Virus record (IMG/VR): IMGVR_UViG_3300025879_000018
Length of the DNA: 64,000 bases
Source of the DNA: an uncultured virus (IMG/VR IMGVR_UViG_3300025879_000018)
Taxonomy: Duplodnaviria > Heunggongvirae > Uroviricota > Caudoviricetes > Crassvirales
Reading direction: 5' to 3' (one strand)
Shown here: piece by piece, positions 1 to 7,854 of the stretch
Position numbering within the stretch: the first letter of the stretch is position 1
Layout: every line of letters starts with the position of its first letter
Position numbers and translations under genes: made by a program
Notes under the pieces: model-generated
The model's database searches: none
Told to the model about the DNA's origin: nothing
Seen by the model: the letters and a program-made list of their open reading frames with translations, nothing else

Positions 1-97
1 AAATGTTGATTGTGATTTGTGGCATCGTTGCCTCGTTGCGTATACAAGATAGCATCGTTGATTAGCCGTTGTCAAGTTTATTTTTATTATTAATTAT

Positions 98-394
98 TTA
101 CTCCGTAGGAGTAGTTTCCGAATAAAATTCGCCTACCCACTTGTGCATATGCTCGTACTTGCTATGTATGTGTATGTCGAGAAGTCGCTGATTGAATCCA
201 TCGAGGTTGGCATAAAACTTCAGCATAGCATCGCTTGTAGTAGCGCATCTATCTACATAGTCTTTCCACTTTGTCTTGAGGTGTTCTACTATTAGAGGTT
301 CATCTTTCCATACAACTTCTATAAAGTTGTAGTCGTAGTTGTAGCACCACATCACCATTGGTGCATAGCATACATAGTCTTTGTTGGTTTCCAT
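98..394 (-). CDS. hypothetical early protein (98 aa)
   Basis: ORF in the tightly packed minus-strand early cluster with an A-rich leader. Confidence 0.65.
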   Translation of the reverse strand: METNKDYVCYAPMVMWCYNYDYNFIEVVWKDEPLIVEHLKTKWKDYVDRCATTSDAMLKFYANLDGFNQRLLDIHIHSKYEHMHKWVGEFYSETTPTE

Positions 395-397
395 AGT

Positions 398-664
398 TTA
401 GTTATTTGTAATGAAACAATCGTTTATCTTTTGCACTAACTCCTTAGGAGTTTCATCTGAGGTAAGCCTCGACCCATTACTGAAAGTAATCTTACTGCCT
501 TCGGCATAGTAATCAATGCCGTTATCATAGTCATAGATACTTGTCTTTGTAGGTACGATGGATACCATCTTGTCGGGGTTAACCCACGATTGAATTGAAT
601 ACAATTCAGATGTAGGTTGGTCGTTCTTGAAGCGTTGCTTCTTTAAGCTTGTAATTAAAATCAT
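398..664 (-). CDS. hypothetical early protein (88 aa)
   Basis: Preceded by the conserved caaagactATG leader. Confidence 0.7.
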   Translation of the reverse strand: MILITSLKKQRFKNDQPTSELYSIQSWVNPDKMVSIVPTKTSIYDYDNGIDYYAEGSKITFSNGSRLTSDETPKELVQKINDCFITNN

Positions 665-674
665 AGTCTTTGTT

Positions 675-866
675 TTAGAATGGTAGTTCTACCATATTGA
701 TTTCCATTTGCCCTAAGTCGTGAACCATATAATGGCATTCACTTTCATTATGTCCGAAGAACTCTACAAGTTCTTCTGCATCGTTATGTCTTAGTGCTTG
801 TTCAGTTACTTCGTAAGTATATACCTTGCCTACTGCAAAGTCTAGGATTGTTATAGCTTGTGCCAT
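675..866 (-). CDS. hypothetical early protein (63 aa)
   Basis: Leader tttaaatttcaaagactATG. Confidence 0.7.
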   Translation of the reverse strand: MAQAITILDFAVGKVYTYEVTEQALRHNDAEELVEFFGHNESECHYMVHDLGQMEINMVELPF

Positions 867-883
867 AGTCTTTGAAATTTAAA

Positions 884-1126
884 TTACTCTTTGATTACAA
901 AATGAATAGTTAGGGTTTTATCACCTATCCATCCTCTTACTGAGCCTTCAGTCTTTTCTTCCACAGCTCTAATAAGGTCTCTTGACTTGTAGTCCTCGCC
1001 CCTAACAGGGGGATGAGTAACTAATCTATCACCTCTTTGACTTGCTTCAATGAGTTCGTTAACCACATCATTAACTGCGTTATAAAATCTTTCAGACCTT
1101 GCTTCTTTGTTTACTTTGATAATCAT
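884..1126 (-). CDS. hypothetical early protein (80 aa)
   Basis: Leader tttaaatttcaaagattATG. Confidence 0.7.
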   Translation of the reverse strand: MIIKVNKEARSERFYNAVNDVVNELIEASQRGDRLVTHPPVRGEDYKSRDLIRAVEEKTEGSVRGWIGDKTLTIHFVIKE

Positions 1127-1143
1127 AATCTTTGAAATTTAAA

Positions 1144-1851
1144 TTAGTGTTGTAAAATCTTGACATCCTTGTTGCCTTTGCCAACAAGTCCACTGCATAG
1201 TCCACACTTGGCGCAGTTACTTTTGTACCCAGCTTCCTTAGAAGCAGGACAAGACACAGCATTCTCACTACCATCGGTAGTAGCAATGAATGAGCGGTAT
1301 GCTTTCTCACTTGCAGTGAGAGCCTCATCTTGACTATGTACTGAAGCCATAAACCATTGACCATAGTCCTTAGCCCAATCCTTGTTCCATTGGTGGGTGT
1401 ACCCAGTCCAAGACTTTGCTACCCATACCATAGCCTCGACTACTTTGGTAGGCATCAGAGATGGCTCACCATAAGTACCGAAGCGAACATAAGTACCGAA
1501 GCACATCTCGACTATGTCGCCTTGCTTGTCTCTGTCAAGAGGAGTCAAGTCCTCACGCTTGATACTACGTAGTAGTGATAGGAAGCCAATGTACTGCTGA
1601 AACTTGTGAGTGTAACAGCCTCCGTTACCATTCCCTAAAGAGAATGGGCAGTCAAGACAATTACTTTTGTCAAGAGCAAAGAACTTTTTCATACCGAAGC
1701 CCTTGCTTGTAGTGGCTAAAGCCCATTGTTCTACACTGAAAGTGTAGGTCTGAACTAAGGCTGAGCCATCAGAGATTTTGTCGTTAGTCGTTTTACCCTT
1801 GCGGACAACAAAGACATTGTTGCCGTCAAGCCATACTACTTTGCTATTCAT
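1144..1851 (-). CDS. Cys-rich putative Fe-S/metal-binding phage protein (distantly radical-SAM-like)
   Basis: CxxCP..GCY motif, VRFGTYGEP, WTGYTHQW and C-terminal CPAS..CxxCxxC. Confidence 0.6.
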   Translation of the reverse strand: MNSKVVWLDGNNVFVVRKGKTTNDKISDGSALVQTYTFSVEQWALATTSKGFGMKKFFALDKSNCLDCPFSLGNGNGGCYTHKFQQYIGFLSLLRSIKREDLTPLDRDKQGDIVEMCFGTYVRFGTYGEPSLMPTKVVEAMVWVAKSWTGYTHQWNKDWAKDYGQWFMASVHSQDEALTASEKAYRSFIATTDGSENAVSCPASKEAGYKSNCAKCGLCSGLVGKGNKDVKILQH

Positions 1852-2038
1852 TGTCTTGTACGTTTAAGTCAAAAATCTCTATGAGATTCTCTTGTTCTTC
1901 TTTGTCTAGCTTAGTGAACAGCCATTGGATTTCATCCTTTGGATTGTTCATCTCTAGAACCTGCTCAGCATACTGCTCAGCATATCCCTTCTTTCTAGAA
2001 AGGTTGTCGGTTAGCTTGGTGATTTTGAATAGTGGCAT
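1844..2038 (-). CDS. hypothetical early protein (64 aa)
   Basis: Leader aaattttcaagactATG; overlaps the start of the next gene. Confidence 0.7.
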   Translation of the reverse strand: MPLFKITKLTDNLSRKKGYAEQYAEQVLEMNNPKDEIQWLFTKLDKEEQENLIEIFDLNVQDNE

Positions 2039-2067
2039 AGTCTTGAAAATTTAGTTATTAAAAAGTA

Positions 2068-2088
2068 GGAGGGGGATATACCCCCTCC
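2068..2088. repeat. early intergenic hairpin GGAGGGGG-atata-CCCCCTCC
   Basis: Perfect 8-bp stem; related copies at 3069, 3887 and 63762. Confidence 0.85.
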
Positions 2089-2095
2089 GTAGGAA

Positions 2096-2431
2096 TTACT
2101 TAGCCTTTGGTACAAGGTCGTATTGCTCTGCAATTGTATTGTACAAGACAAAGACAGGAGTAATAGTGTGGATAGGAGACTCAGAGGATTTAGCTATCAA
2201 GTCAGCATACTCAAAGCATTCTTGAATAGTCTTGCGAGAGCCAAACATTCCCTCTACTTGAAGAGATATTCTCTCTTCAGATGGTTGCTCAGCCTCTTTG
2301 AGTTGAGCGATACGACTACGATAGTAGTCAGCCTTGTCTTGATTACCATCACGGACAGCATCTTTGAGTCTTACTTGAAAGTACTCAAGCTTTGGTAATC
2401 TGTCTGAATTGTTTCGCTTGTTGTAAGCCAT
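2096..2431 (-). CDS. hypothetical early protein (111 aa)
   Basis: First ORF downstream of the promoter at 2481-2512. Confidence 0.7.
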   Translation of the reverse strand: MAYNKRNNSDRLPKLEYFQVRLKDAVRDGNQDKADYYRSRIAQLKEAEQPSEERISLQVEGMFGSRKTIQECFEYADLIAKSSESPIHTITPVFVLYNTIAEQYDLVPKAK

Positions 2432-2480
2432 AATTGAAAAGTGTTTGAAAATTGAGTGGCGTTATTGCCGATTGATGGTG

Positions 2481-2513
2481 CAAATATATAATGGTCGATT
2501 GCCGTTTGTCAAG
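2481..2513 (-). promoter_or_regulatory. Bacteroidota-type promoter (-33 TTG, -7 TATATTTG)
   Basis: Minus strand reads cTTGacaaacggcaatcgaccattaTATATTTG with a 21-nt spacer. Confidence 0.8.
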
Positions 2514-2537
2514 TTTTTTTTTCTTATTAAAAATGTA

Positions 2538-2867
2538 CTACGTAGTAGTAAGGTCGGCAATAAAATCGTGCGAGGGAGGTGTATATGTACATCCAAGCGG
2601 AGGTGTGAGTGCATATCCGCACGACACGACTCGGTTGTCCCAAGTGTCCAACATTCTATGCATAGTCTTGTAGAACTTTGTTCTTGTTGGTTGTTTGTAA
2701 TGACCCTGCCCTATTACATAGGGTTTGGTATACTTAATAGTCTCTCCATATTCTACTACTACGTAGAAGTAGTAGAGTAGGTTTCCGTTGCTATCCACTT
2801 GTTGGATAGTGTTGTCGAATCTTTCAGTAGCATCTTGTAAGATGTTGTTATAAGTCTCTGAATTCAT
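2538..2867 (-). CDS. hypothetical early protein (109 aa)
   Basis: Leader caagactATG. Confidence 0.65.
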   Translation of the reverse strand: MNSETYNNILQDATERFDNTIQQVDSNGNLLYYFYVVVEYGETIKYTKPYVIGQGHYKQPTRTKFYKTMHRMLDTWDNRVVSCGYALTPPLGCTYTPPSHDFIADLTTT

Positions 2868-2875
2868 AGTCTTGA

Positions 2876-3055
2876 TTATTTAGAATTACTTTGTCTTGAC
2901 TGATAGTCAAGAGCATAGGTTAATGATAGTGCAGTAGCTACAATATGTAAGGGCATTAATAGGAATGGAGTATCTCCATTTAAGGCATAGACAAAGTGTA
3001 CTGGTAAGTAAATGAGGATTAGGAATGTAATTCCTACAATAAGGTACTTTTTCAT
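2876..3055 (-). CDS. small two-TM membrane protein (59 aa; not in ORF track)
   Basis: MKKYLIVGITFLILIYLPVHFVYALNGDTPFLLMPLHIVATALSLTYALDYQSRQSNSK*; preceded by caaagactATG and a hairpin. Confidence 0.7.
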   Translation of the reverse strand: MKKYLIVGITFLILIYLPVHFVYALNGDTPFLLMPLHIVATALSLTYALDYQSRQSNSK

Positions 3056-3068
3056 AGTCTTTGTTTTA

Positions 3069-3089
3069 GGAGGGGGATAAACCCCCTCC
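3069..3089. repeat. early intergenic hairpin GGAGGGGG-ataaa-CCCCCTCC
   Basis: Near-identical to 2068-2088. Confidence 0.85.
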
Positions 3090-3097
3090 GATTAGTA

Positions 3098-3370
3098 TTA
3101 TTTGCTTAGTTCAGCAGTCATTAATTCTGTATAGAATTCTTCGCAAGAGTTTACAAAGTCTTCGTTTAACTTGTCTCTGTTGATAGATACAACAGCCTCA
3201 AAGAGAGCGATGAACAAGTCTTTGTTCTTAGTGTTTCTAGGTAAACCTAGCATCTTCTTGTACTGAGACTTTAGTCTTGTCAAGCCTTTGTTAGGGTCAG
3301 TCATTCGCATTCCTAACTTAATGTCAAGCATTAAGTCGTTCATAATGATGATGAATTGATATCCGTTCAT
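3098..3370 (-). CDS. hypothetical early protein (90 aa)
   Basis: Leader caaagactATG. Confidence 0.7.
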   Translation of the reverse strand: MNGYQFIIIMNDLMLDIKLGMRMTDPNKGLTRLKSQYKKMLGLPRNTKNKDLFIALFEAVVSINRDKLNEDFVNSCEEFYTELMTAELSK

Positions 3371-3387
3371 AGTCTTTGATTTTTTGC

Positions 3388-3507
3388 CTATCCTCTATCG
3401 AGGATTAGGCTGTTAATAGTAGTGAGCAAGTCTTCTCTTGACTCGTGGTCAGAATTCCAAACGATACTATAAATAGTATCCAAGTTCATTAGTTCTTTGT
3501 CAGTCAT
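3388..3507 (-). CDS. small hypothetical protein (39 aa; not in ORF track)
   Basis: MTDKELMNLDTIYSIVWNSDHESREDLLTTINSLILDRG*, preceded by caagactATG; fills the gap. Confidence 0.55.
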   Translation of the reverse strand: MTDKELMNLDTIYSIVWNSDHESREDLLTTINSLILDRG

Positions 3508-3525
3508 AGTCTTGATTTTAAATTA

Positions 3526-3867
3526 TTACTTTGCTAATGTTCTGAATTCTTTGCTTGACTTGATGTTCATTCGAAGAATGCCTTCAATGCTTCTTCTGAC
3601 ATTTGGCTCTCTATCAAGATAGAGGAATGCTAATGCTCTTTGCAAAGGAGTCAAGTCTTTGATAGGCTCTTGAGCCAGTTCATCGCCATAGCCTACCATA
3701 TCTTCGATATGACCGATTGGGTCATCAAGTAAGTACTCTAACTCATCTTCGATGATGTAGTCCTTCTCGAAAGGAGACAAAGTCTTTGTCATTTGAATTA
3801 GGCTTTCTTTGATTTCTTCCATTCCTTCGAAGACGATAGTCTTCATAATTTCTGCTTGCTTGCTCAT
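3526..3867 (-). CDS. hypothetical early protein (113 aa)
   Basis: Preceded by the 3887-3911 hairpin and an aaattttcaa..actATG leader. Confidence 0.7.
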   Translation of the reverse strand: MSKQAEIMKTIVFEGMEEIKESLIQMTKTLSPFEKDYIIEDELEYLLDDPIGHIEDMVGYGDELAQEPIKDLTPLQRALAFLYLDREPNVRRSIEGILRMNIKSSKEFRTLAK

Positions 3868-3886
3868 AGTTAAATTGAAAATTTAA

Positions 3887-3911
3887 GGAGAGGGCTTTCA
3901 AACCCTCTCCG
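3887..3911. repeat. early intergenic hairpin GGAGAGGG-ctttcaaaa-CCCTCTCC
   Basis: 8-bp stem with a compensatory change relative to the 2068/3069 copies. Confidence 0.8.
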
Positions 3912-3943
3912 AGGGTTATAAATACTTTGTCTTGATGTCTTCC

Positions 3944-4456
3944 TTACTTCGTAAGGTCGATGATGGTTAGGGCAACATTCAGAGGCAAAGCCTCTAGGAT
4001 AGCTTGTTTCTCATTATCACTTGCTAAAGCAAGGGATACAAGGGCTTCTCTAACAGCTTTGCTGTTAACGGATGCTTTAGCGAAGCTAAACGGAGACTTT
4101 GTCTCTACAACCTTCGGTTGAGCAACAGCCTCCTTAACTACTTTAGTAGTTGGCTTCTTTACTGCTTTAGCAGTAGGCTTAGCTACCTTCTTCGAAGGTT
4201 TAGAAGTGCTTTGCACTTTAGTAGCCTTCTTGCCTTTGGCAAGAGTAGTGCTGAGTAACGTAGTTACTCTAGTGCCATCCTCAAGGACAAGCATTTCACA
4301 TTTATCTCCTTTGGAGATAGCCTTCCCTGTAAGGGAACAAGTTCCGTAGTTCTTCTTCGCTACAAAGTCAAAGACTTTCACGGCTTCGATGACTTCGTCA
4401 TTGTAGACTCTGCTGATTTTAGTAGCTTTGCTACTTGGGACTTTGGTAGTTGACAT
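3944..4456 (-). CDS. first early gene; basic protein with a Lys/Ala/Pro-rich linker (start revised to MSTTKV at 4456)
   Basis: aaattttcaatttATG leader at 4456; KKVAKPTAKAVKKPTTK low-complexity segment. Confidence 0.7.
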   Translation of the reverse strand: MSTTKVPSSKATKISRVYNDEVIEAVKVFDFVAKKNYGTCSLTGKAISKGDKCEMLVLEDGTRVTTLLSTTLAKGKKATKVQSTSKPSKKVAKPTAKAVKKPTTKVVKEAVAQPKVVETKSPFSFAKASVNSKAVREALVSLALASDNEKQAILEALPLNVALTIIDLTK

Positions 4457-4529
4457 AAATTGAAAATTTATAAAGTTAATGCCGATAGCCGTTTGCTGTC
4501 GACCCTTATAGTATACTACCCTTGTCAAG

Positions 4530-5230
4530 TTTTTACCCCTTTAGGGGTAGATTATTATCCCCTTTAGGGGATGTTACAAATCAAACTTTTTTTCATAATA
4601 GTTTCTAACCCCTTTAGGGGTTAATTAAGCATTATATTTTAGGATGGACTAAACCTCAGCCCTAAGAATGTTGATTGTGAAAGAGGGTATTTAGATACCC
4701 TAGAATGGAGATTGTGGTTTATATCAAAGATATAGGGGGTAATTGACTCAATGGTCAGCCCGACTAGTGAGCCAACTGAAGACTGCGCATAGTACTTTGT
4801 ACTCACATAGTCTTGATAGCAAGACAAAGTCTTGAGGAGCTAGGTATAAAAGCCTAAAAGTTTCGTAGGTCTTTAGACCTAAGAGAGGGGGTGGGGTTTG
4901 GGATTCCGTTTCGGTCTCCGAAACCAACCGTGCCTATATACATATAATCCCCAATTCCTATATAACTCAATAAAAAATCCAAGTCAAGAAGCCTTATCAT
5001 CAACTAGTATAAAATACCTAGTCCGTGAAAGCGGACTGGGAGGGGGATTCTGTACTTATAGACCATAATCTTAGTATTTCCTACCTATTGATTTATTAAA
5101 AAAAAAGCCGTAACTTTGCTTAGTCTCAATAAGGCGGTTCTCTTAGGGACACCGCCAATCTTTAAAGAGATAATGGGGACACGCAGTTAGCCGTTTGAGC
5201 GGTGCGGTGTATAATCTCTAAACCCATTAT
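4530..5230. other. divergent control region, candidate genome terminus/packaging region
   Basis: Largest non-coding stretch; strand switch; three CCCCTTTAGGGG palindromes and further hairpins. Confidence 0.55.
5088..5118 (+). promoter_or_regulatory. Bacteroidota-type promoter (-33 TTG, -7 TAACTTTG)
   Basis: TTG-20 nt-TAACTTTG at the head of the + strand arm. Confidence 0.7.
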
Positions 5231-5231
5231 T

Positions 5232-5408
5232 ATGTTGTCATTACTATTCATATTATTAATTATCTTTGTACCTGTAACGGTCTATAAACTAAGTAGTTAC
5301 AGATTTGAAGTTCCTCATCCTTTTGCTTGTGGAGCTGATGATATTTGTTATTGTAGTAAAGCACCAGATTGTAAGAAACGTGAAGGCAAAGAAAAGCAAG
5401 ACAGCTAA
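5232..5408 (+). CDS. small membrane-anchored Cys-rich protein
   Basis: N-terminal hydrophobic helix followed by CGADDICYCSKAPDC; ATG at 5232. Confidence 0.45.
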   Translation: MLSLLFILLIIFVPVTVYKLSSYRFEVPHPFACGADDICYCSKAPDCKKREGKEKQDS

Positions 5409-5613
5409 ATATTACGCAGAGAATCCAGAAGCTGCTGAGAAACGTAGACGTTGGCAGCGTAAGGAGAACAAGAAAAAGAAGAAGCGTAAGTATCGTGCGT
5501 TCCTAGTCAAGAAGAATCGTGAAGCTGGCACGTATGGCAATGGTGATGGTAAGGACTACGACCACACTGAGAGAAAGTTTATGAGCGCTAAAAGAAACAG
5601 AAGCAAGAAATAA
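5380..5613 (+). CDS. small highly basic protein with a truncated HNH-like GDGKDYDH motif (GTG start)
   Basis: MKAKKSKTAKYY...GDGKDYDH...RNRSKK. Confidence 0.6.
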   Translation: MKAKKSKTAKYYAENPEAAEKRRRWQRKENKKKKKRKYRAFLVKKNREAGTYGNGDGKDYDHTERKFMSAKRNRSKK

Positions 5614-6014
5614 TGAAGGCAAAGAAGAAGTACAAAGCAGGAGGAATTCTGCCTCCAGCTATTAAGAAGCTAAAAGAAAGAGCAGATAAAAAGAAAGCTG
5701 AAAAGGCTAAACCAAGCTATCGTGGTAAAGTTGACGAAGTCACTGTTACCGCTAAAGCACCAAAGGAATGGGAGAAAAAAGCAGCAAAAGCGTTTGCCGA
5801 CACTAAGTCGTCCGATAGAACTCACGATTACTACGTGAGTGCTTTAAAAAATGCCAGTAATGTTTCTGGAAAGGAAGTTTACGACAAGGGTCAAAAAATA
5901 ATGAACGACACCGCTAAAAGACTTAAACTAAGAAACCCAACCAAACAAACCTATTCTGGTGGCGCAAAAAAAGATTGGAACAAGGCTCTTAAAAAGGCTG
6001 GATACAGAAAGTAA
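5613..6014 (+). CDS. Lys-rich basic protein
   Basis: TAATG coupling; begins MKAKKKYKAGG. Confidence 0.7.
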   Translation: MKAKKKYKAGGILPPAIKKLKERADKKKAEKAKPSYRGKVDEVTVTAKAPKEWEKKAAKAFADTKSSDRTHDYYVSALKNASNVSGKEVYDKGQKIMNDTAKRLKLRNPTKQTYSGGAKKDWNKALKKAGYRK

Positions 6015-6172
6015 TGAAGGCATCTCGCAAAAAAGTAATGGTAGAGGCTCCTTCTGGTTATCATTGGATGACTGAGAAGGGGCGACACTACCTTATGCCC
6101 CACGAGGGTAAGTTTGTTCCTCACAAGGGAGCAAGCCTAGAAGTTGCATTTAAGGTTAAGTCGGCACATTAA
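6014..6172 (+). CDS. small basic protein (52 aa; not in ORF track)
   Basis: TAATG coupling; MKASRKKVMVEAPSGYHWM...VKSAH*. Confidence 0.65.
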   Translation: MKASRKKVMVEAPSGYHWMTEKGRHYLMPHEGKFVPHKGASLEVAFKVKSAH

Positions 6173-6590
6173 TCTGTTCCTCCCCCTCTATCTTGCGGTA
6201 GTATTTTTGTACTAGTAGCCTTGCCTTTTGGGTCAAGGCGTACCTAACCTTGTATTTCCACCTATCTTGGTCAAACATTGCTTCCTCATAGGTCGTGGGG
6301 GATAATCTGTCGTAGTACTTATATATGTACTCTTTATTCTGTAGGGGGAATATAACACGTTGCGCCAACTTCAATCTGTTATAGAAGTAGGCATCAGCTG
6401 CGTAGTCCATAGTAAAGAACTCATAGTCATAGACAAACAGCATAAAATTCAGTTCTGATTCGCTAACATCGTAGTTTCCAACAATGTCTCTAGTCGCCAA
6501 GCGTAAATATTTAAGGTAGGCTTTGTTCAGCAATTCCTCTTTACGCATTTTGAAATCACGAAACATACCCTTGCGTGGTCGCTTCTTCAT
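6156..6590 (-). CDS. putative MarR-like winged-helix regulator (start revised to 6590)
   Basis: VSESELNFMLFV helix and YALTQKARLLV wing-end pattern; lone minus-strand gene in the late arm. Confidence 0.55.
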   Translation of the reverse strand: MKKRPRKGMFRDFKMRKEELLNKAYLKYLRLATRDIVGNYDVSESELNFMLFVYDYEFFTMDYAADAYFYNRLKLAQRVIFPLQNKEYIYKYYDRLSPTTYEEAMFDQDRWKYKVRYALTQKARLLVQKYYRKIEGEEQINVPT

Positions 6591-6626
6591 TTTTATTAAA
6601 TTTGCATAGAATACAAATATACAGAA

Positions 6627-7853
6627 ATGGCTACTCTTACAAATACAAAAGTAAAAGACACATACCAAACGCTACTAAAACTAACATCTGGCTCTGTAGG
6701 AGGTGGATACACTGTAGTACAAGACGGAGAGGCGAACGACTCTGGGTTAGCATTGTCTACATCAAGAGTTGGTGTGTCGGCACTTACTTTCATTAATCAG
6801 CCACCAACTGGCAATGGTTTGACAACAGCGCTTTTTTCAGACCCGACAAGTGGTGATGTTTACAGGCAAGAGTTAGCCGCATCTGCATTTACACTACCAT
6901 ATATATCTGCTGGGACTGGCATTTCTGTAGCAGGAGGATTCCCAACCTTCACGGTAACGAACACTGCGCCAGACCAGACGGTTACATTTACTGGTACTGA
7001 TATCAGTATAGGCGGTGCGTATCCTAACTTCAATCTTGTAAACACAGCGCCAGACCAAGTGGTAAGCATCAGCGCAGGTTCAGACCTCAGCGTTACTGGT
7101 ACTTACCCATCGTTTACATTGAATCACACGATTAATAGCTTCTCCATTGTAACTGATGGAACTCCAGCACAACCTATTAGCGCAAGCGCAGCTAACAGTT
7201 CATTAACTATCGCTGGAGGAACTGGAATTACCACTGCGGCAAACTTTGCTAATCAGACGTTAACGATTACCAACGATGCTCCAGACAAGGTAGTCAGTAT
7301 CGCTGGAACAAATGGAATCGCAGTAACTGGTACTTATCCTAACTTCACTGTAGATGGCTCTTCGGTTTCTGCTACAGGGGTACACGAGGAGATGTTTGTA
7401 GGTGTTCCAGAATCACCATATCCACTTGCACCAAATGCACCACAGCCAGTAGCGTTTTCAGCTGCGGATAATGCAGTAGAAACTACGTCATACCACTTTG
7501 GTACAGCTCCAGCAAAACTTCAAAGAGCTGCTGGTGGTCAAGGAGTAGAAAACGTATCTGGACAAAGACTTGTTATCTATATAGATATGTCTGCTTTTGT
7601 TGAAATTCTATCACCAAACTCGGATATTACATATAACTTGGAAAGATTCGACACAGTGCAATGGAACAAAGTGAAGTCTGTAACAAGATATAAAGGCTTT
7701 ACTGGTATTCAAGTAGATTCTTTTTGGGGTATATTTAACCTTGATGTTAATGAGGCTCTGAGAATTGTTGTTGAGTCTTCCTCTGGTAACGTAATCCTCA
7801 CAGAGCAAACACAAATTAAATTCGAAGTAAAAGAAATAGGTAACATTATCTAA
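6627..7853 (+). CDS. fibre/spike-like structural protein with internal repeats
   Basis: Three N(T/D)APD(Q/K)xV..GxYPxF repeats; Gly/Thr-rich; beta-rich C-terminal domain; TAAATTTG at 6597. Confidence 0.65.
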   Translation: MATLTNTKVKDTYQTLLKLTSGSVGGGYTVVQDGEANDSGLALSTSRVGVSALTFINQPPTGNGLTTALFSDPTSGDVYRQELAASAFTLPYISAGTGISVAGGFPTFTVTNTAPDQTVTFTGTDISIGGAYPNFNLVNTAPDQVVSISAGSDLSVTGTYPSFTLNHTINSFSIVTDGTPAQPISASAANSSLTIAGGTGITTAANFANQTLTITNDAPDKVVSIAGTNGIAVTGTYPNFTVDGSSVSATGVHEEMFVGVPESPYPLAPNAPQPVAFSAADNAVETTSYHFGTAPAKLQRAAGGQGVENVSGQRLVIYIDMSAFVEILSPNSDITYNLERFDTVQWNKVKSVTRYKGFTGIQVDSFWGIFNLDVNEALRIVVESSSGNVILTEQTQIKFEVKEIGNII

Positions 7854-7854
7854 T

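Noticed and set aside
4639..4827. ORF in the control region, and an ATG-TGA minigene after a caagact leader at 4803-4808
   Set aside because: No coding-like features for the ORF; the minigene is a single instance that could be chance
5015..5045. Hammerhead ribozyme around gtccgtgaaagcggac
   Set aside because: No CUGANGA core nearby; it is only a hairpin
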